Made by a program: the position numbers and the translations under genes. From contig JAZJYS010000003.1 of NCBI GenBank assembly GCA_040390265.1, positions 6,129-70,128 of the forward strand: DNA of 64,000 bases, read 5' to 3'. Source of the stretch: Pseudomonadota bacterium (GTDB lineage Bacteria; Pseudomonadota; Gammaproteobacteria; Burkholderiales; Methylophilaceae). This document shows, piece after piece, positions 41,193-51,119 of this stretch (position 1 is its first letter; each line of letters begins with the position of its first letter). Below the pieces are notes generated by a model. The model made no database searches, had not been told where the DNA came from, and worked only from the letters and a program-made list of their open reading frames with translations.

Positions 41193-41223
41193 AAAAAGCG
41201 GCTTAATTTAAGCCGCTTTTTTT
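41193..41223. terminator. Bidirectional intrinsic terminator
   Basis: AAAAAGCGGCTTAA-T-TTAAGCCGCTTTTTTT between convergent genes. Confidence 0.9.
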
Positions 41224-41247
41224 ATTTGTACGCTAGATCACAAGTGT

Positions 41248-44097
41248 CTACTCAATAGCATCATAAAAGTAATATTTATTTCTACCAGTCGCTTTTGATT
41301 CATACATGGCCATGTCAGCATGTTTTATGAGTTCCTTAGGGCTAATTTTCATATCCCCGGTGCGTACTGCAATACCGATACTTGTGCCCATCAGCAGTTC
41401 TTGCCCATTGATTTTAAGCGGCTCTTGGAACTTGCTGAGAATCTTCTCTGCTACCAGTTGAGCCTCGTTTACACTAGATATTTCCGATAGAATAATAACA
41501 AATTCATCACCGCCCAACCTTGAAACAGTATCGTGGGCGCGTACACAGGCTAAAAGTCGTGAGGCCGCTTCTTTAAGTACCAGGTCGCCTACATCATGAC
41601 CTAGCGTGTCATTAATCAGTTTAAAGTGATCCAAGTCCAGAAAGAGCAATGCCATTGTGCGTTTATAACGTTCAGCTTGGGATAGTTCTTGGTGAAGCCT
41701 GTCCAGTAACATTCGGCGATTAGGTAGTTTCGTTAGATGGTCAATATAAGCATGCCGCTGAATTTCGTTGTCTCGAATCTTACGTTCAGTAATATCTTCA
41801 ATCTGGGCAATAAAATATTCCGCAGTTTTGTCCTCATCCCTAAAAATATTGACAGAAAGCTGTACCCATACAATCTCTTTGTCTTTCCGAATGTATCGTT
41901 TTTCCATTTGATAAAAGTTGGCTTCTCCAACCAGTAGCTGCTGAACGTGCTCAAGATCAATCGATAAGTCTTCAGGATGAGTGATTTCTTGGAAAGTAAG
42001 TTTTAGCAGTTCTTCACTAGTGTAGCCAACAATATTACATAGGGTTTGATTCACTATGACAAATCTTCCTTCCAGTGAAACGACGGTCATGCCTATTGGT
42101 GCATATTCAATAATCTCTCTGAAGCTCTTTTCACTGGCACGCAAGGCATGCTCAATTTTTTTGAGTTCTGAAATGTCATCGAATACTACGACCGCACCAA
42201 TAATATTGTTGTCTCTGAATAGTGGAACAGAGTTGACTGAGATGTAAATTGGCGATCCGTCTTTATGCCAGAATATTTCCTCACTGGATTTGTATGGCTG
42301 CCCTGATTTAATCACATTACGTATTTCACATTCGCTTTCAGGATAAGCCGAATTATCAATATGCTTGTTGTGAAACAATAAGTGCGCATTTTTCCCTAGT
42401 AACTCGCGCTCACTGCGCCCAAGCAAATGCTGCGCTTTGGGGTTAGTAAAGGTAATAATTCCATTGGTATCCATCACATAAATCCCTTCACCTAAAGTTG
42501 AAGTGATTTCTTGAAAACGCGAGAAACTTTCTTTAAGTTCTTCCGCCTTTTGTTTGACCATATTTTCTATGCGAGCCGTATAACCAGTACCCATGAGGAG
42601 CAGCACGCCCATGAGTCCTGTACCGAATATACCAATAGCTAACATATTCCAGCTTTGCCAGCCGCGATGCTGTTGATAATAAAATGCTGTGGGTGCGGTT
42701 TCTAACTGATATTGCCTGCCACCGAACTCAAAACTTCTTTTGTATAAAGCTTCTGTCTGACTATTTGTGAATCCATCATACAAAGCTTTACCTGATTTAG
42801 TGTCGATTAGTCGTACATCTAAGGTTTTCTTTGTTGGGATAAAAATTTCACCAAAAAAACTATCTGTTTTTAGTATTGTAGATAAGACTCCATCCTGTTT
42901 TGTGCCCTGTATCGGGTACATAAGTAATAGGCCAAGCTCTTTGCCATTGTAAATGATGAGGTTTATTGGTGGAGATACGGCAGCTTTCTTTTTATTGATT
43001 GCTTCAAATATGGTGGATTTACGGTCAGGCAGTGAAGCTAGATCAAATCCCAATATTGCACGTGTAGAGTCATTTTGTGGCTCAATATATGTAATAGGGA
43101 AATAGTAGTCACGTAGAGATGCCGTCACCATTCCCTTGTCCGATCCAAACTGCCTAATATCAAATGTGGAAAGATCTTGCTGATGTTGCTTTACAAAAGA
43201 GTTACGGGTTTGCTGACTGACTTTAGGTACCCACTCAATCGCATAGATCATTGGGTAACTTATTAAGGTTGTTTTAACAAAGTGATGGAAGTCGTTTGTT
43301 GAGACCGTATCGTAATTTCGGTAACTAAACAAAGCACTTATTTGTTTTAGAACTGCTTCTTGAGATTCAAAGCGAATGCGTAATTGTTCCGATACTTGAT
43401 TCGATAATGCATCAAATTCGATGAGTGATTCTTTTCGTTCCCATCGGCTCACTATTACAAAAATGATGACAAGTAATGCAAAAGTGACCACCATTGGTAA
43501 AGCCACCGTAGTCAGGCGCTGTTTCCATATATTTCTAGGGCGACCTATGGTGACCAAGGTTAATGGCAGCATTACAATGAGGCCTAAGGAGTCACCAATC
43601 CACCATGAAGCTAGGCTTGTAAAGAATAAAGAGTTTCCAATTAAGCCTAGCGCGAATAGACCACTGACTGAAAGCGTTGCACTAATGAGGCAGATAAAAG
43701 GCGCTGAAACAAAGAACGTAACGACATCATTCGGGCTATCAAGTGAAGTTGGGTAGCCAATTTTACGCTTTAGCCACCATCCACCTACAAATGCTTGTAT
43801 TGTAGAGGCCAATGCAATGAGTAATGCCACCTCAGTACTTGTAATATTTATTTGGTGATTGGCGTCATAGCCCACCCAAGCATTAAGGAGCAAAGAGCCA
43901 AAAAATATAGCCGGCAATGTTTTTTTGCCTGCAACAAACACCGCAGCGATTGCGATGCCTGCTGGAGGGAAAATTGCAGATGCATAGCCTGGTGGCAGCG
44001 CCAGCATTAAGCCAAGTTTACCTGTAATGACATAAGCCACTATCAGCAATACACTGTAGCCAGTGATTTTTTTTAGCTTTGTGATTTGATTAAGCAT
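41248..44097 (-). CDS. Membrane sensor diguanylate cyclase (MASE1-CHASE-PAS-PAS-GGDEF)
   Basis: N-terminal IFPPAG...WWIGD (MASE1), YFPITYIEP..GFD (CHASE), two PAS/PAC repeats, D.LT.LPNRR, DLDHFK and intact RLGGDEF; no EAL domain. Confidence 0.9.
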   Translation of the reverse strand: MLNQITKLKKITGYSVLLIVAYVITGKLGLMLALPPGYASAIFPPAGIAIAAVFVAGKKTLPAIFFGSLLLNAWVGYDANHQINITSTEVALLIALASTIQAFVGGWWLKRKIGYPTSLDSPNDVVTFFVSAPFICLISATLSVSGLFALGLIGNSLFFTSLASWWIGDSLGLIVMLPLTLVTIGRPRNIWKQRLTTVALPMVVTFALLVIIFVIVSRWERKESLIEFDALSNQVSEQLRIRFESQEAVLKQISALFSYRNYDTVSTNDFHHFVKTTLISYPMIYAIEWVPKVSQQTRNSFVKQHQQDLSTFDIRQFGSDKGMVTASLRDYYFPITYIEPQNDSTRAILGFDLASLPDRKSTIFEAINKKKAAVSPPINLIIYNGKELGLLLMYPIQGTKQDGVLSTILKTDSFFGEIFIPTKKTLDVRLIDTKSGKALYDGFTNSQTEALYKRSFEFGGRQYQLETAPTAFYYQQHRGWQSWNMLAIGIFGTGLMGVLLLMGTGYTARIENMVKQKAEELKESFSRFQEITSTLGEGIYVMDTNGIITFTNPKAQHLLGRSERELLGKNAHLLFHNKHIDNSAYPESECEIRNVIKSGQPYKSSEEIFWHKDGSPIYISVNSVPLFRDNNIIGAVVVFDDISELKKIEHALRASEKSFREIIEYAPIGMTVVSLEGRFVIVNQTLCNIVGYTSEELLKLTFQEITHPEDLSIDLEHVQQLLVGEANFYQMEKRYIRKDKEIVWVQLSVNIFRDEDKTAEYFIAQIEDITERKIRDNEIQRHAYIDHLTKLPNRRMLLDRLHQELSQAERYKRTMALLFLDLDHFKLINDTLGHDVGDLVLKEAASRLLACVRAHDTVSRLGGDEFVIILSEISSVNEAQLVAEKILSKFQEPLKINGQELLMGTSIGIAVRTGDMKISPKELIKHADMAMYESKATGRNKYYFYDAIE

Positions 44098-44372
44098 TAA
44101 AGACCAGCTTTATTGGGGATATTTATTGATTATGTAACGCGTTGATTGCACTAGTAATGAGCGCGTACTACATATTAACCCTGTATATACTGGGGTTACA
44201 AGCCTTGTAATCTATAAGGCTTAAGTATTTAGTTAAAAGAGGGTTTTTACAATGATATTGTAGGAGGCAATTGCAAATGCAGTTGTAAACGAGCCGATGA
44301 AGAAGTTAAATTATTGCTTATTCACTAAGCTTTTTCATTAACGCGATGGTTTAGGCCATGCGCTTCACAAAC

Positions 44373-44795
44373 TTACCGCTGAACGCAGTCTTCGGTGCCG
44401 TAATTCCCGCTCTTGAACTCCGGTTCATAGTAAAACTTACTAAATGACCATTTACCATGTTTGTTTTTCTTGAAAGAGGCAATGCCTGTTCCATAGTCTT
44501 TAGTGCTTTGATCCGTCAGTGCAAAGTGAATCGCCATCTGAGTACCATTTGCAGCCGCTTGACCAGGGTAGCTACCAAAGCCGGGAACTTCAAGCTTGAA
44601 ACTGTAAGCGCCGTACTGATTGATGCTTTGTGCGGGGACAAGCGCAAGAGTGACGACGCCTGTGTACTTACCTTCGTGATTATCGATGCCCGTGCAGTCA
44701 TATATGCCACTGTAGTCTGAGCCGGTAAATGCAGGTGTGGCACTTACGGTGGATGAAACGGCTAGTAGACATAGCAGGGTAATAGACTTCTTCAC
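44373..44795 (-). CDS. Exported hypothetical protein
   Basis: Signal peptide MKKSITLLCLLAVSSTVSA; beta-rich mature part with Cys near both ends (YDCTG, EDCVQR). Confidence 0.7.
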   Translation of the reverse strand: MKKSITLLCLLAVSSTVSATPAFTGSDYSGIYDCTGIDNHEGKYTGVVTLALVPAQSINQYGAYSFKLEVPGFGSYPGQAAANGTQMAIHFALTDQSTKDYGTGIASFKKNKHGKWSFSKFYYEPEFKSGNYGTEDCVQR

Positions 44796-44821
44796 TTTAT
44801 ATATTCCCGTTTATTGGTGCA

Positions 44822-45358
44822 TTAAGAGTTGTGTTGATAAGTATTGATGCTGGATAGCAACCAGGAGGCTAATGTTTGGTTCGCAGTTCCAAGGCTATCA
44901 AGAATCTGCTGAGCTTCAGCACAGTATGCTGCGCATTTTTGAGCAGACCAATGTGCGGGTGGTTTTTGAAGATTAGAAATACGATCAGCCAACTTTACAC
45001 ACCAAACTGACATCGGCTGCTTTTTTATACGCTCAAGACTATCTGCCATTGCCTCTTGTTTCGGAAGATCTGTATTCTTGGATAGAGATAGAACTCCCTC
45101 GGCAACTTCATTGCTAAAGCGTTTCACTAGCTCTGAATAATCTATGTTCTGGTCTTCAATGCAGTCGTGAAGAATTGCACAGTTAATTGCAAGGTTAATA
45201 TCTGGAATAGGTTCTGATAAATGGGCATTAAATACAATAAATGCAACTCGTCCCAGGTGATGTAGGTAGGGTAAGTCAGAGTCTGGCATCTTTTGTGAGT
45301 TGTGGGCTTCTGCTGCAAAGCGCCAAGTATCAAGCCATGATGGTTGGAGGTCGAACAC
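44822..45358 (-). CDS. Stand-alone RelA/SpoT-type HD hydrolase (Mesh1/small alarmone hydrolase-like)
   Basis: AH..Q, PY..H, AILHDCIED, V..LSK and VKLADRISN; GTG start after AAGGA. Confidence 0.82.
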   Translation of the reverse strand: MFDLQPSWLDTWRFAAEAHNSQKMPDSDLPYLHHLGRVAFIVFNAHLSEPIPDINLAINCAILHDCIEDQNIDYSELVKRFSNEVAEGVLSLSKNTDLPKQEAMADSLERIKKQPMSVWCVKLADRISNLQKPPAHWSAQKCAAYCAEAQQILDSLGTANQTLASWLLSSINTYQHNS

Positions 45359-45497
45359 AAACTATCCTTTTAAAGTTGTTGAGATATTTAACGTAAAGTA
45401 GGTGTTTATTTAATGGTGATAAATGAAGAAAAAGTGAGCGTCATATAAAGCGTATAGAGCATTTAATAAATGTATTTTTTAGTATCAGGCGCGGACT

Positions 45498-45866
45498 TTA
45501 AAAAGACCCCGTAGTCACCAACTTAAACAAATAATAAGCCCCAACTGCCATCATTGCATACATGGGTAAATCGCCACTTTTTGACGTCTCGGATTTATTC
45601 GGCGAGGTCATCAAGCGATTGAGTAGCCATAACACCAGAATAATCACGGGAATGGCCATCATGTTAGTGGTGGATTGAAAGAGTTTGTGTAGCAAGGTTT
45701 TAAGCCAGCCGTCATCACGGAACATTTCCATGGCGATGCCAATAATGCCGACTAGCATTAGCCCCATGCTGATGACTGAGTAAAATACACTGCGCTTGCT
45801 TTCTGGCGTAATGTCTTTGTTTTTACTGTACTTGTTTGGGTCTATTTGTTTGTTGTTTGCAGCCAT
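45498..45866 (-). CDS. Hypothetical three-TM membrane protein
   Basis: GGGAG SD and three hydrophobic segments; begins 30 bp after the nlpD stop. Confidence 0.7.
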   Translation of the reverse strand: MAANNKQIDPNKYSKNKDITPESKRSVFYSVISMGLMLVGIIGIAMEMFRDDGWLKTLLHKLFQSTTNMMAIPVIILVLWLLNRLMTSPNKSETSKSGDLPMYAMMAVGAYYLFKLVTTGSF

Positions 45867-45896
45867 CCTAAACTCCCCATGTGTTCGTACTAATGC

Positions 45897-46991
45897 TTAA
45901 TTAGCGGCTAAATATTTGCTCGGGTCTACAGACTTACCTTGGCGGCGAATTTCAAAGTGCAGTTTTACGGTATTGCTATCGGTGTTACCCATTTCTGCAA
46001 TTTTTTGGCCGCGGCTCACTTGCTGGCCTTCTTTTACTAAGATCTGGCTGTTATGTGCGTACACAGATAAATAGGTGCTGTTGTGTTTAATAATCACCAG
46101 CTTGCCGTAGCCGCGTAAATCCGAGCCACTGTAAATTACTTTGCCCGCGGCGGCAGCTTGCACAGGTTGGCCTGTACTGCCTGCGATGTCGATGCCTTTA
46201 TTGCTGGCCTCATTAAAGCTGGCGGTGACTTTACCTTTGGTCGGCCATGCCCAATCCATGTCTTCTGGTGATTCAGCGCCATTCTTGGTTTCGGATTTAG
46301 CTTCTGGTTTTGGTTCTGCTTTAGGCTCGGGTTTGGCTTCTGGCTTAACGTCTGTTTTTGCTTCAATGCCCGGCTTGCTGGTAGCTACTACGGTTTTAGC
46401 GGTTGCAGCCACTGCGGTCGCGGCGGTAGTAACCACTGGTTTGCTTGCTGGTAACGGTGTTTTGAATGCTTCATCGCTATATGGTTCACGTATGCCTTTA
46501 GGTTCACTAATGGCGACAACGGTTGCTGTTGTAGGTGTTGCGGTAGCCGTGCTTGAGGTTGCTGGTTCTGCGCCTAGAGGGTAGGTGGTAACGCCATCAC
46601 TATTGGTTTGTGCAGTTTTTGTGTCAATTTTTTCTGGTGCCGAAGGTTTGTCTTTTAAGGCGTTGAACTTAAGTGTTTGGCCGACTTTAATGTTGTAAGG
46701 TGCTTCAATATTATTCGCTTGCGCGATGTCTTTATAGTAATAGCCGTACTCAAGACCTACGCTGAACAGCGTGTCACCTTTTTTGACTGTGTAAGTGTCA
46801 GGACGCCAGTCACCAGCTTTGTAGGTAGGGCGGTTCGCTAGTGCTTTAGTTTGTGCAGTGGCTTTAGTGGCAGCTGATTTACTCGTTGCGGTGTTGTTCG
46901 ATGGGAGTCTATCAATCACTGGTGCTGGTGGGTTGCTGCTACAACTGGCAAGTAGCAAGCTTAGAGCGATATAACGCATTGATAACAACAT
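45897..46991 (-). CDS. nlpD: LysM/M23 lipoprotein NlpD
   Basis: Lipobox LASC, LysM (YTVKKGDTLF), low-complexity linker, WAWP and M23 (KGIDI, YAHN, LHFEIR). Confidence 0.92.
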   Translation of the reverse strand: MLLSMRYIALSLLLASCSSNPPAPVIDRLPSNNTATSKSAATKATAQTKALANRPTYKAGDWRPDTYTVKKGDTLFSVGLEYGYYYKDIAQANNIEAPYNIKVGQTLKFNALKDKPSAPEKIDTKTAQTNSDGVTTYPLGAEPATSSTATATPTTATVVAISEPKGIREPYSDEAFKTPLPASKPVVTTAATAVAATAKTVVATSKPGIEAKTDVKPEAKPEPKAEPKPEAKSETKNGAESPEDMDWAWPTKGKVTASFNEASNKGIDIAGSTGQPVQAAAAGKVIYSGSDLRGYGKLVIIKHNSTYLSVYAHNSQILVKEGQQVSRGQKIAEMGNTDSNTVKLHFEIRRQGKSVDPSKYLAAN

Positions 46992-46993
46992 AC

Positions 46994-47665
46994 TTAACTG
47001 ACACCGCCTAATAAGGGTACAAATTTCACTGGTTCTAATTTGGTTTGCCGATAATCTAATTGGGAGATGCGCTCTACCAAATACAAAATCTGCTCGTCAG
47101 TGCCAACCGGTATCACCAAGCGGCCGTCGATGGCGAGTTGTTCCAGCAGGTCTTGTGGAATATGGCTGGCAGCGGCGGTAACGATAATGGCGTCAAATGG
47201 GGCGAGTTGCGGCAAGCCCATGTTGCCATCTGCATGGTCAAGTTTCACGTTGATGCATTTGAGCTCACGCAGGTGTCCGCGTGCTTTCATCACCAATGGA
47301 CGAATGCGCTCAACGGAATACACTTCTTTGGCTAGCCTTGAAAGTACGGCAGTCTGATAGCCGCAGCCGGTGCCGATCTCCAGCACTTTTTGCAAAGGCT
47401 GGCCGTTGCGCAAAATTTCAGACATACGCGCCACAATGTAAGGCTGCGAGATGGTTTGACCATAGCCGATGGGTAGTGATACGTCTTCATAGGCGCGGAT
47501 GGATAGCGCTTCGTCTACAAAAATATGGCGCGGGATGGTGGAAATGGCAGAAAGGACGACTTCATCTTTAATGCCTTGTTCACGTAAGCGCACTAACATG
47601 CGCTCGCGCGTGCGTAGCGATGTCATGCCAATACCAGCTTGTGAGTTGGGTCTTATTATTGCCAA
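46994..47665 (-). CDS. pcm: Protein-L-isoaspartate O-methyltransferase
   Basis: [22 protein letters not shown] and FVPL. Confidence 0.95.
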   Translation of the reverse strand: MAIIRPNSQAGIGMTSLRTRERMLVRLREQGIKDEVVLSAISTIPRHIFVDEALSIRAYEDVSLPIGYGQTISQPYIVARMSEILRNGQPLQKVLEIGTGCGYQTAVLSRLAKEVYSVERIRPLVMKARGHLRELKCINVKLDHADGNMGLPQLAPFDAIIVTAAASHIPQDLLEQLAIDGRLVIPVGTDEQILYLVERISQLDYRQTKLEPVKFVPLLGGVS

Positions 47666-47678
47666 TTGTGCATTCCTG

Positions 47679-48422
47679 TTAGCTTGTTAGCCAGTCTTTG
47701 ATTTCGGCAAGTTGTGAGTGATTGGTTAAATCGACTTGAATCGGCGAAATAGACACTTGATTGTTTGCTGCGGCGTAAAAGTCAGTGCCTTCGCCGCCGT
47801 CGTTTGGTTTTCCTGCTGCGCCTACCCAATACACTGTTTCGTTACGCGGCGTTTTGAGTTGAACCACAGGTTCAGCTTTATGGCGCTTGCCTAAGCGCGT
47901 CACTACGCGGCCTTGCAGCTCGTCGTAAGGAATATCCGGCACATTCACATTCAGCAAAGTAGGCGCTTTAAAGCCGGTTTGCTGATAGTGTTGTATCAGC
48001 TCAACCGCTACCCGCGCTGCGGTTTCAAAATGGGTGGCGTTATGTTGTGTCATGGAAATAGCAATGGATGGAATGCCTAGTAGATAACCTTCCATCGCGG
48101 CGGCTACGGTGCCTGAGTAAATGGTGTCATCACCCATATTGGCGCCATCGTTAATGCCGCTAATCACCATGTCGGGCATGTCGTCCATTAAACCAGTGAG
48201 CGCAATATGCACGCAGTCTGTAGGTGTGCCATTGACATAAAAAAAACCGTTCGCAGCTTTTTTGATGCTTAAAGGACGGTCTAGCGTGAGTGAGTTACTG
48301 GCGCCGCTTCGGTTTCGTTCCGGTGCAACCACGGTAATATCAGCGATTTTAGCGATGTGTTCTGCCAGTATATTCAGACCGGGCGCAAAATAACCATCGT
48401 CATTGGAGAGCAGTATTTTCAT
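47679..48422 (-). CDS. surE: 5'/3'-nucleotidase SurE
   Basis: [19 protein letters not shown] and SGIN.G.N.G....YSGTV. Confidence 0.96.
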   Translation of the reverse strand: MKILLSNDDGYFAPGLNILAEHIAKIADITVVAPERNRSGASNSLTLDRPLSIKKAANGFFYVNGTPTDCVHIALTGLMDDMPDMVISGINDGANMGDDTIYSGTVAAAMEGYLLGIPSIAISMTQHNATHFETAARVAVELIQHYQQTGFKAPTLLNVNVPDIPYDELQGRVVTRLGKRHKAEPVVQLKTPRNETVYWVGAAGKPNDGGEGTDFYAAANNQVSISPIQVDLTNHSQLAEIKDWLTS

Positions 48423-48517
48423 ACGTGACTTACTAAGAGTATTTTCATGCTGTAAATTATAGTAGAAGACTACGTGTTTAGTGTGGTCTTATCTAAAAAC
48501 TTAGTACTATTTTAGGT

Positions 48518-48856
48518 TTAGTTTGCACGGGTGAGACGTGCATAAAAAATTGCGCAGCTAAAAAACAGTATAGTCAGCATTATTTCCACCCAAGCCAGTC
48601 GTGCAGAGAGGCCAACATCAGACCAAGCACGTACTACGCCCTCAGTAAAGTACAGCAAAATAAACATGCTTGCCCATTTATAGGTGTAGCGCTTGCCGTT
48701 CAAAATACCAAACAATGGCAATAGTAGCGGCACAGCTTTAAGCATGAGCAAGGAGCCGCCCGGTTTGAATGGAGCCAATACGGTTTCCCAAGCCAGTGCT
48801 AGCAGAATGAGGGATATGAGACTGGCGGATGCGCCTAGTTGTAATTTTTTAATCAT
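48518..48856 (-). CDS. DUF2069 membrane protein
   Basis: WE...AP..PGGS...LKA.PL...YTYKW...YF.EG. ATG at 48856 avoids the overlap with hugZ seen in the track ORF. Confidence 0.82.
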   Translation of the reverse strand: MIKKLQLGASASLISLILLALAWETVLAPFKPGGSLLMLKAVPLLLPLFGILNGKRYTYKWASMFILLYFTEGVVRAWSDVGLSARLAWVEIMLTILFFSCAIFYARLTRAN

Positions 48857-48881
48857 AAGTTCTTTATTATTTCGCGACTTT

Positions 48882-49622
48882 CTATTTTGCAACTTTAGAC
48901 ATGCTGACAAACGCCTGCCTCGCAGATTGTGCATCGTGAATCGCTTGTTCAAAGTTAAAGCGTAGTATTTTGGATGATTCTGGATTACTTTCAGTGTTCG
49001 ACGCTGTTTCAGCGCGTACATCAAAACCAGCACTATCAATACCTAGTATTTTCGCATGATTGGCAACAATGCCATGAAAGTGTTTGCAATAAGCAATCAG
49101 GCTGTCGGCATGGTCTTGATTCATGTGCGCTATCATCACGCTTTCTATCTCGGCAAGCTGGTCGCCGCTTTCAGGGGCACTGATGGCAATGTCGTCACCA
49201 GAAAGCCAGCCCATTTTGCCAAAGCCTGCAATGTAGCGCATTTGGGCAATTTCAATGCGATAAAAACTAAAGTCGTGCATATCAAAGTAACCTGCGGCTT
49301 GCGGCAAGTAACGCAAATAGCGTGCGCGTAAATTGGCATCTTCTTTGTCGATTTTGACAGCATTGCCCAGCAAAGTGAGCCGCGCATTGGCTTGCAAGTC
49401 TTCATCGCCAGCAAAAACCAGTAGAGAAACCTTAGGGTTGGCGATGATGTTTTTGGTGTGCTCGGCAATCGTACTGATTAATACGATGGGCTGGCAGTGA
49501 TGATCCAACACAAAAGGCGCAACTGAGCCGAATGGGTAGCCATCAAACTTTGTGGAATGCGTTGAAAGAATGCCGCGCTGCGTGCTGCGGAGAAATTGAA
49601 GTGCTTCTGATGCTAAATTCAT
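48882..49622 (-). CDS. HugZ-family PNPOx-like protein with C-terminal DUF2470-like domain
   Basis: LSTHS...GYPFGS, AEHTKN, RLTLLG, YIAGFG and HMNQDH. Confidence 0.85.
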   Translation of the reverse strand: MNLASEALQFLRSTQRGILSTHSTKFDGYPFGSVAPFVLDHHCQPIVLISTIAEHTKNIIANPKVSLLVFAGDEDLQANARLTLLGNAVKIDKEDANLRARYLRYLPQAAGYFDMHDFSFYRIEIAQMRYIAGFGKMGWLSGDDIAISAPESGDQLAEIESVMIAHMNQDHADSLIAYCKHFHGIVANHAKILGIDSAGFDVRAETASNTESNPESSKILRFNFEQAIHDAQSARQAFVSMSKVAK

Positions 49623-49634
49623 TACTTTACAACC

Positions 49635-50237
<603 letters not shown>

Positions 50238-51104
50238 TTATCCTTTTTTTCTTTTATCTTTGATGCGTTGTTTCTTTGCGTCTAGCTCGAATAAGCCGAT
50301 GGTGTCGATGAGATCGCTGAACTTGGCATAGCCATAATTACGTGAATCAAAAGCCGAGTAGTTTTTGATTATATGTTTTTTGACTTCACCGGTATTGGCA
50401 AAGCCGTCATCATCAGACAGTGATTCAACAGCGGAGCGTATCAACGATACCAGCTTGGTGTCGCTGGCGAGTTGTTTGGAGGATCTTTTAACAACGGGCG
50501 TGAGCAGTGTAGTTTCGTCGGTTTGTGTGCTTGCAGGTTTTGTTTCAGGGCTGACTGTTGAATCAGAGCCTGAACTTGTATTTGAGCTAGGTTTAGCCTT
50601 TTTAGGCGGTGCTTGAGTATTGGTTTCTGGTGCTGCTGTCTCCGCCATTTTGTTCTGCGACAAGATTTCAACATAAATAAACTGGTTACATGCGGCTCTT
50701 AATGATTCGGGTGTTTTTTGTTCGCCAAAGCCATATACAAACTTGCCAGACTCACGAAAGCGAATCGCCAGCCTTGTAAAATCGCTATCGCTCGAAACAA
50801 TACAAAAGCCATCAAGCGGGGCGGTGTAAAGCAAGTCCATCGCATCAATAATCAGCGCGCTATCGGTGGCATTTTTACCTTTGGTATTAGCGTATTGTTG
50901 TATCGGCTGAATGGCGTGTTTGGGTAGGATTTCTTTCCAACGGCTTAATTGGTGTTGCGTCCAGTCGCCATAAATACGTCTGACACTGGCATCACCAAAT
51001 TTGGAAATTTCTTCAAATAAGGCATCAATAATGGGAATGACGTTAAACGTATTGTCAGCATCAATCAGTACAGCTAGACGAGGGTTGTTTTTATCAGCGC
51101 TCAT
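50238..51104 (-). CDS. NYN (LabA/DUF88, PIN-like) domain protein with C-terminal OST-HTH/LOTUS
   Basis: LIDADN, RRIYGDW, KNATD, DAMD, SSDSDF and C-terminal FDSRNYGYAKFSDL. Confidence 0.88.
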   Translation of the reverse strand: MSADKNNPRLAVLIDADNTFNVIPIIDALFEEISKFGDASVRRIYGDWTQHQLSRWKEILPKHAIQPIQQYANTKGKNATDSALIIDAMDLLYTAPLDGFCIVSSDSDFTRLAIRFRESGKFVYGFGEQKTPESLRAACNQFIYVEILSQNKMAETAAPETNTQAPPKKAKPSSNTSSGSDSTVSPETKPASTQTDETTLLTPVVKRSSKQLASDTKLVSLIRSAVESLSDDDGFANTGEVKKHIIKNYSAFDSRNYGYAKFSDLIDTIGLFELDAKKQRIKDKRKKG

Positions 51105-51119
51105 TTTGATGTCCAAATT

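Noticed and set aside
44348-44357. GGCCTAAACC on the minus strand upstream of the diguanylate cyclase, resembling part of a c-di-GMP-I riboswitch
   Set aside because: The required GCAAA/GNRA-containing P1-P2 elements are missing, and the upstream sequence is coding.
46280-46600. KPE/AK and Ala/Thr-rich repeats in nlpD
   Set aside because: Ordinary low-complexity linker between the LysM and M23 domains.
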